DNA from: Podarcis muralis
Taxonomy: Eukaryota
Reading direction: 5' to 3'
Length of the DNA: 64,000 bases
Assembly: GCF_964188315.1 (NCBI RefSeq)
Contig: NC_135670.1
Location: 14,756,001 to 14,820,000, forward strand
The position numbers were made by a program, and so were the translations under genes. Positions 54,433 to 64,000 of this stretch are shown here, piece after piece (the stretch's first letter is position 1; each line of letters starts with the position of its first letter). The notes beneath the pieces were generated by a model. The model worked only from the letters and a program-made list of their open reading frames with translations. It searched no databases and was not told where the DNA came from.

Positions 54433-56124
54433 ATAGATCTACTGTAGTAGTGTATCGTGCTACTTTTAAGCTTAGACGTACTTCTGAGCGAAGAAGCTGT
54501 GTAATAACCATTTATATATTTATAGCGCTCATATACAGTTTGGTTGGCGCTGCGCTAAGCTGCTTTGAAACGCGAGAAGTTAGCCACGCTGGTTTGAGAT
54601 ATAAGCATACCTGATTTGTTAAGTGGAGTCTTAATGGTGGAGGCTGGTTCATAAGGCGAGTGCCATGTTGCCCCACCAAGCAGAACGTTCAGCATGCTCC
54701 ATCAACTTAACTGCCTTCTGATTTATAACCAGGGCAAGGAGGGGGTCACTTATCAATTTCCTCCTCCTTAATGGGACTGTTGCTCCTTGCAGTAGATCTC
54801 TGCTGCAGGGAGGATGGGGGCAGGGGACACAAAAACTCTACCTGCAGTTTGGCCTCCCTGCCTTCTCCAATATCCAACAGGTATTGTGCAGGTGTGTGCC
54901 AAAATCCTGAGCTAGTTACAATATGCAAAGAGCAATTTTCACAGGGTCCAAAAATGTGAGCTGGGAGCAGGGGCTGGACAAGCTCTTGGGGGGCGTGGCA
55001 GCTGCTTCGGCTCTTTGAACAATATAGAATAAAAATAATTGTGCACCAGTTAATTTGTTAACAGTTCAGCTTAATGTTGCACTTGAATGTTTATGCCTGC
55101 AGACATGAGGCAGGAAGCAGAAGAATGTAACTTCCAGAGGAATGGGGGTAGTGTGGTAGTGAAGAATCAACACTGTAGAAATTTACAGAGAGAAATATGC
55201 AACACCACTGTGTGGGCAACAGGGACGACTGGAGCAATTGGGAGAGGAAGGAGCAGCTGGCAGCATTTCCAGGTCCGGCTTGAGCTTAATTAGCAACATG
55301 TGTTTCCTTGCAATTTCTGAACCCACCGACTCAAGCCCATCTTAAATAGCTAAACACATTCCATCAAGCAGAGGTAGTAGAGCAGGTAATGTAATCTGCG
55401 TTCCCCTTCTTCTTCAAGAGCAGCATTTTTAGCACTGCCATGCTACTACAGTGGTCAACCTGTGGCTGTCCACTTTGGACCATGGCCAGGTTCCTGTCTC
55501 CCCTCCAATAAAACATCCCTTGGCAGGAAAAAAAAAGCATGGCAAGGACAAGCCAGGATCCTTCTCCATGATACTTGTGTTGGAAATATTTCCTGTATGA
55601 AATCAGTCCATCCTGTGAGCCCTCTCCAATGACCGACTTAAAAATACATCAAACTAAATGAGCACTGAGCCATTGACCCTCCCCCTCCATTACTTTCTTG
55701 CTTTGTGAGCTCCTAGTGGAAGTGATTTGTCAAATAGTAGAGGCTAATGCGCTACATATAAAAACCAGCCGTGGAAATATGCCATCATGGAGGGGCAATG
55801 GAGAGCTTGCCCATTTTAAATGCACATATGCTTCCTTATTTTTATGAAGGTGGCTGGTGGTATATTGTGAACTGGTGACAGTATTTCCCTCTAAAAACTC
55901 TGACCCTGAAAAAGGAATTTCCCTCCCCCAAGATTGATTTAGTAAACCCTGAGTGATAGGAAAGAGGGCATTGAGCACTTTACTACTTGCTTCGCAGTCC
56001 TCTCCACTCAGCTGTGCTGTGACGGGTGGGTTCTTGAATGTTTTTCAAATGGGTAGACCACAGTCTTGAACCTGATATACAAATTTTAAAAATAGCTAAA
56101 TGGAGGCGTAGTTTGGTCAGAATA

Positions 56125-56342
56125 CAGTGGTACCTCGGGCTAAGTACTTAATTCGTTTCAGAGGCCCATTCTTAACCTGAAACTGTTCTTAACATGAAGC
56201 ACCACTTTAGCTAATGGGGCCTCCTGCTGCAGCCGTAGCACGATTTCTGTTCTCATCCTGAAGCAAAGTTCTTAACCCGAGGTACTATTTCTGGGTTAGT
56301 GGAGTCTGTAACCTGAAGCGTATGTAACCCGAGGTACCACTG
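56125..56342. mobile_element. Tigger-like MITE, copy 6
   Basis: Same TIRs with TA flanks. Confidence 0.9.
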
Positions 56343-56435
56343 TAGAGTATATTTTCAGAGTTAACACTAAATACAATACTACTGGCCGAAAATTTGTGTC
56401 CTGAGATTTTTAGATTCATCTACCCATGTACTTAG

Positions 56436-56692
56436 GGGATGCGGGTGGTGCTGTGGTCTAAACCACAGAGTCCAGGGCTTGCCAATCAGAAGGTTGGTGG
56501 TTTGTATCACCGCAACGGGTTGAGCTCTCATTGCTCGGTCCCTGCTCATGCCAACCTAGCAGTTCGAAAGCACGTCAAAGTGCAAGTAGATAAATAGGTA
56601 CCGCTCCGGCGGGAAGGTAAATGGAGTTTCTGTGCGCTGCTCTGGTTCGCCAGAAGCGGCTTAGTCATGCTGCCCACATGACCCAGAAGCTG
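56436..56692 (+). mobile_element. Sauria SINE, 3'-truncated
   Basis: GGGATGCGGGTGGTGCTGTGG head; GTAGATAAATAGGTACC...GGAAGGTAAA body, the reverse complement of the 49510-49822 copy. Confidence 0.85.
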
Positions 56693-56868
56693 GCATTATT
56701 TTCAGCTCTCCTACACCACTTTGCAACTTTGGTTGCCCCACTTTCTCTGAATCGACTGCAGTCCTCGGGCTCAAGTGAAACAAAGCCCCTGTTCCCAATA
56801 AGGAAGAAAAACGCCCACCAACACCAGGTCCAAGCTAAGATCAGATTTATTAGGTAACTGGGTGCTGC

Positions 56869-58672
<1,804 letters not shown>

Positions 58673-61006
58673 GGTTCCACCTGTGCTGAGGAGAACAGCA
58701 ATCAGATTAGGGTGCGAAAGTACAGCATTTCCTCCTGAGGATTAGACAAATTTATTAAAAAGAGGTCTATTGATGGCCAAAAGCCACAATGGCTATGCTC
58801 TGCCCTTCACAGTTGGAGGCAGCAATGCTTCTGAATACCAGTTGCTGGAAACCACAGGAGAGGAGAGGGCTCCTGTGCTCAAATCCTGCTTGCTCATTTC
58901 CCAAAGCATCTGGTGGGCCACTACAAGAACAGGATGCTCTTCTTACTTCTTAAGCTAGTACCACTGGCGTTTCCCCACCTATCTTTTAGACTAGGAAACT
59001 CTCTCTCCATTCTGTAAAGCAGACCTCAAGGTAATGCTGCTGTTCAAGAACAAACCCAGAACGTGAGATGTGGCTCACAAGCCTCTCCATTCAGCCTGCT
59101 ATTGGTGCTCATCTTGGCAACAACTTAGCTTCCATCAAGATACTGCTGGAAGGCCCCTAAATTCTTTGTTTCGGGGACTCACAAAATTGTCTGTGTGTAT
59201 CCTTCCAAATATGGTGCAGGGAACAGAGTCCACTAGGAAATGCCAACCTGAACACAGTTCCTCTCAAAGATTATCGCCGCCCCCCATTTGAACAACACAC
59301 AGTGCCATCTGCTGGGCCACAAACAGCTCCACACACAGAAACAGAGATGTCTTGACCTACCCATTGCAAAGTGAGAATGTAGCCGTCCCCAATTCTCTTT
59401 CAGAGAATCCTGGTCACCCACCCACACCATACCATTCAAGGCACAGCACTGCCACATTAACAGCCACGGCTCCCCCTCTAAAGAATCCTGGGAACTGCAT
59501 TATACTAACAGGAACTGTAATTCTGTGATGGGTAAACTACTGTTCCCATGTTTATCTGTGGGGAGCCATTGTTAACGTGGCATAAATGTGCTTTAAATGT
59601 GGATGTGACCAAATACTGTACTACAGTTCTGAAATTATATCTCTTGTATTCCTTCCCACACCTTCGCAACCAGGCTTAACAATATGAAAACCAGCATCCT
59701 GACTTACTCCCCAGCCTTCTCCCTACAATTCCTATCTGCTTTCTACTTTATTAAGCTCTTCCATCTCTTCCCCACACCCTGCTACCCCTCCATTTATCTT
59801 TCTATCTTAAAAGAGGACCCAGGAGGTTCAGACTCTTAATCCCATTCCTCCACTGAATTCTTCAGGAAAAGCCAGGAGTTCACTTAGACAGCGTGTTCCC
59901 CCAGTCAAATAAAAAGCACTCAGGAGTCCTGGCTCTTATCACTCCCTTACAAAAAAAAAAATACTAATACAAAAAACCCCCCAAGTACTGTATTTAATTA
60001 CCCATGCCCAATCGTTATGTCCTTTACCTCACTTACACATAACCCAACCCCACTCTACCTCCATGAGAAGAGGGATTACAACCGGTTATGCACTGCCTAT
60101 GTTTTTAGTTGTTTCCATTTTATCCGTTAGATGCCTTGAGTCCCTGTCAGGGGGGAGAGGCAGGATAAAAATAAGTATAATGCCCAGGGAACGTTGATTA
60201 TGGGGCGAAAGGAAAACCTAATCACTACATAAATAAAGGTCTCCTGCGATGCCTGTACAGCAACCTTCCTTATCTCCTTAAAGTCTCCAGCAAAACTCAT
60301 CTGGATCATTCCTAGTCCCTACTTTTTACTTCAAGCAAAGGATGTGCCATTCAAGCAACGTTCTCTCCTCGCTTCCATTCCCTCACCCCGTTTTTGCCTC
60401 GGTGACCTGTCATGCCCCTTCTTTAGGAAGCACCATCCACACACAGGGGGTGATACAAGAATGGCAACAAGGCAAACCCGTCCCCCCCCCCAGCTTCGTT
60501 TGCTCCTCAGGCTTTTAAAAGCGGCTCTCTGGCCTTTGCCTGCCTGCGCAGCCGGTCGCCTCTCAGTCTTAGCAGCGTGAGAAGAGCGTTGCTGGCAGCG
60601 TTTTCCGTACGGACCGACACGGGGTGCTTCTCTACGGTCCCCGCGGAAGCCGAGGCTACGGGGACGGAGGGTCCGACCAAGGCAACTCCGGCCGCTCGCA
60701 TCGCTGGAACACGCGTCCCGCTCCATCTCCACGTGCTTCACGGGGCCCTGCGAGCCGCGTGGAGCCGAGGCCAGTCCTGCTCCGAGTAGGCCCATTGGGC
60801 CAAGGGCCAGAAGTTAGCCGCGCTCATTCACTTCATGGGGTCTACTTCCGAGTAGGTCGAATGCGGGCTCCACTCCCTGCCCTTCCCCAATTCCCCCCTC
60901 TCCCAATAGGAGGCCTGGATTTGAGGGCCGTCTCAAGGGGACCCAGGAGTCCGGGGGACCCCACCCCCACCATTTTCCTTTTGATTCCCCTCCCTTCCCG
61001 TCTCAC

Positions 61007-61048
61007 CCTCAGTCGCCGATCCAAGATGGAGCCGGGAGAGCCGAAGAG
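61007..61048 (-). other. FAU: FAU non-coding exon 1 with pyrimidine-rich (5'TOP-like) start
   Basis: Minus strand reads CTCTTCGGCTCTCCCGGCTCCATCTTGGATCGGCGACTGAGG|gtgaga: pyrimidine start, CTCCATCTT as recalled for the mammalian FAU 5'UTR, and a good donor. The exact TSS is approximate. Confidence 0.7.
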
Positions 61049-61303
61049 TCGCCGCCGCTCCGCGCACGCAGACGAGGGAAAAGGAAAGAGGCAGGAAATG
61101 GGGCGGGACTACCAGGGCGCAGGCGCAGTGGGGTCGGGTGGGAGGGGTCGGTGTGGGCGTTGGCGTCTCTATGGTTGGTTTGGCTTGGTTTTCTCGCGCA
61201 GCCGGGCTGGCACCGTCATTTTGTCTCTATGGTGGCGCCGTGCCCTCTCTATGGTAGGGTCGCGTTGACGCCATCAATCCGCGCTTCTCCTCCTCCTCTC
61301 AAG
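61049..61303. promoter_or_regulatory. FAU/MRPL49 bidirectional promoter (about 250 bp)
   Basis: CpG island between the divergent genes. GGGGCGGG, three TCTCTATGGT copies, and a YY1-type AAGATGGCG overlapping the MRPL49 ATG. Confidence 0.75.
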
Positions 61304-63427
61304 ATGGCGACTTTGGCTTTCGCCTTGACCAGAGTTGGGCTGCGGAAGGGGCCGTTGCTGGGAGGATGGCGGCAGCGACTCTTGGCTGCGGCTCATACGG
61401 TAAAGGGGACTCGAGCACAGCTTGAGGGAGGGAGGGGGCGGAGGGCCATGGAAGGAAGCGGCTAGGGATTAGGTTGCGAGACGGGCGCCGCAGGAGCTTC
61501 AGGGCACGGGCAGAAATACAGCGGGTAGAGCTTCATCTCCAAAAGAAAAGAAAAGGGCATTTTCTAGCTTTGCAAATCCATGTTTCCTCTGTATTGTGTG
61601 AAAAATAAGCGGTGCGGGTAGTGACCTGTGTTCGGGGGAGGGCAGTGGTTTTTATTTTATTTGACATCATCTGGGGCACTGAGTAGGAACTTCGCAGTCG
61701 CCTCTAATGTAGGAATGGGGAAGCTTTGGCCCTCGAGATGTTGTTGGGAGCCCTGCTCTCCTCAGTCCCAAATAGCTTGGCTATTAGAATGGACTAATGG
61801 GAATTGTAATTCAGCAACATCTGGTGGGCTGTAGGCTCCTGACCAATACTTCATAGACTCTATTATCTTTATTTGTTTACTCTACAAGGAGGTCAGGATG
61901 GTAGACGTGGACATCTTCCTATCTCTTCCTTGCCCCATTTTTTATTCTTCTGGGGTGCTTGTTAGGCAGAGTGGCTCAAGTTGAATTTTGTGATTGAAGA
62001 AGTATTTGAACCCAGGTCAGTTGCATTTAGCAGAGTGACTGTAGAACCATTGGAAGTTTTTAAAATAATATGCTTCAAATGTGTATAGTGATGGAGAGAA
62101 ATAGCAAACACTAGCAGTACTAGCCTCCAGACAGAATCCATGCATGGCCCCACATCATAGAAATTTGGAGTGTGCCGGGCTGATTCTCCCAAACCAGCTT
62201 CTAATGGACTGTTCCAAAATTAACCTTGTTTTTCCAGTCTTCATCTCCAGTGAGTGGCTGTAGCAACGTAAACTACCAGTATTGCCTAGAGGAAGGTCGG
62301 GGTGTGTTCTGCCAAGGGCAGGGTTCTTTCTGGATCTGGAGCCAATAAGCATGCCAGCGGATGAAGAATAACCAGTGCTTTATTTGTGTAAGGTTAACAG
62401 ATAGCAGCAGGCATACAAAACACGAATTATAGCATACCAGAGAGGAGTCACACACAATCTCCCCTTCAGCTGCCCAGAACTCCAGGTAGAGCAGCAAGAG
62501 AGACCCCGGCTGACACTCTCACAGCATCTGGTACCTCGATCTGTGAAGAAGCTCACTGAGCCCCTTCAGCCTACAGCTTTTATAGCCAACTTTGATTTAA
62601 TTGATTGAACCTAATTAGCAGGCATCACTCATGACCAGCCCGGGACACCGGGTGCGACTAATGTGAGGCAGCTGAGGGTCTCCAACCCAATTCACTGCAA
62701 CTGGGTATCCTCCCCACTAGCCAATCAGCACTTAGAACACAGGGGACCCAGGAAACTCCAGACACAGGTGTGTGAAAAACAAATTATACTATCATGAATC
62801 AGCAAACCTTAAACCAGGGATGTAAAAGGGAAAGAGACATGTCATCTAACTCCTCAAAATTACAATGGTCTTCTGCGTTTCCCCTACAGGGTGGGTGCTT
62901 CCTCGCTGAAGGTCTTCAAACAGAGGCTAGGCAGCCATCTTTTGGGGCAAGCTGTTGAGTGATGTTCTAGCTCTGGATTTCCCCATCAAGCAGGGGGTTG
63001 AATTAGGTGGCCTTGCAAGATCTCCATCAAACAATGTGCCTATTCTGTCTGGCCAAAATGGTTCAATAAGACTTATAAAAAATGTTTTAGGAGCATTTAG
63101 TTTCAGTTGCCCCTGTTAGCATACTATTTTCATTCTCCATAGCTAAAGAAAGAATTGCTTTCTCTCTGACAAATTTATCTCTGCCATTATTATAGCAGAA
63201 AAATAGTGACGATATCCCCAAGCAAAATTCTTGTAAGTTGACTAACGTTTTTCTGTTTCAGAGGCAAGCTTCAGCAGAAACCAGCTCTACAGAACAGAAA
63301 TATCCAGGGATTATTGAATCTACTAATGAATATAAGTTTGTGGAGAGACTTATACCTCCCTCCCGAGTACCAGTACCCCCGAAACATGACAGTTATCCCA
63401 CCCCTTCTGGATGGAGCCCACCTCAAG
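61304..63427 (+). CDS. MRPL49: Mitochondrial ribosomal protein mL49, first two exons (gene continues beyond the window)
   Basis: Exon 61304-61399 ([16 protein letters not shown]..., presequence-like) and exon 63262-63427 ([41 protein letters not shown], matching the mL49 motif FVERLLP...YPTPSGW). Head-to-head with FAU as in mammals. Confidence 0.93.
62259..62864 (-). mobile_element. Probable solo LTR in MRPL49 intron 1
   Basis: TGTA...TACA ends, minus-strand TATAAAA near 62580 and AATAAA near 62381 in LTR order. Degenerate 5-bp flanks gtggc/atggt. Confidence 0.5.
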
Positions 63428-64000
63428 GTAAAATACAGGGGAAGGGGTAATTTGATTGCTCTAAATAGTTCAGAGTCTTAGGTAAGGGTCCAGTTAGACT
63501 CACGAGACCATTTTGGCCCAACCAGGTCCAACTGCCCTGTCCCGGGCATCATTTATGGCATCAGGTGTGTGGTTGGTGAAAACCTGGCTAAGCTGAACGA
63601 GGGTTTGCAGGCACCACAGATCAGGCCGTTTGGTCTAGTTTGCAAAGGTCTCAGCAAGAACCGTGTGGTCAAAAGTCATCTTGATGTCAGAGGAAGGGTT
63701 ATAGTTCACTGGTAGAGCATCTTCTTTAACTGCAGACGGTTCAAGGTTCAATTCCCGGTGGTATCTCCAGGTAGGCCTGTTCTTACTGAAATCCCGGAGA
63801 GCAACTCAGTGTAGACAGTAGTGAACAAGATGGACTGACTTCATATACAGCTGCATCTACCTGCCAGACTTGACCTGTGATAGGTGAGGGAGATAGTGAG
63901 ATGCAGTTGCCCACCCCTAGCTTTTGAAGGGAAGGGGTCCCTGATAGTTTGTACATGTAGTATCCTTTTGGCACCCTAGGAAGTAAAGTTTGAACTAGAT

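Noticed and set aside
60331-61268. 154-aa and 214-aa ORFs in the FAU intron 1 / promoter island
   Set aside because: Low-complexity R/G/P/A-rich translations typical of CpG islands, with no domain.
63690-63850. tRNA-like A and B boxes (TAGTTCACTGGTAGAGC ... GGTTCAATTCC)
   Set aside because: No closing acceptor stem, and it continues into a SINE body similar to copies near 17580-17760. It is a SINE head, not a tRNA.

Overview
Vertebrate genomic DNA from a squamate reptile, most likely a lacertid lizard (Sauria-type SINEs, abundant Tigger-like and hAT MITEs; the species call is an inference). The window is syntenic with human 11q13. Gene order: CDCA5(-), ZFPL1(+), TMEM262/CATSPERH(-), VPS51(+), a TLR5-family ectodomain-only gene (+), TM7SF2(+), ZNHIT2(-), FAU(-), MRPL49(+, first two exons only). 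I rebuilt the exon chains by hand; all are frame-consistent. One CDCA5 donor and the first TLR5S exon are tentative. The main departure from the mammalian gene order is an intact soluble TLR5-like gene between VPS51 and TM7SF2. It has a separate signal-peptide exon, a consensus NF-kB site upstream and a possible eroded TIR fragment just after its stop codon. Other notable items: a perfect 85-bp palindrome carrying a Penelope-type minimal hammerhead ribozyme in the last CDCA5 intron, a hAT element that appears to have captured a promoter and first exon, an intact CatSper-eta gene absent as a full ORF from the ORF track, and a GC-AG intron in TM7SF2. There is one 198-N assembly gap. No CRISPR, rRNA or genuine tRNA genes were found.
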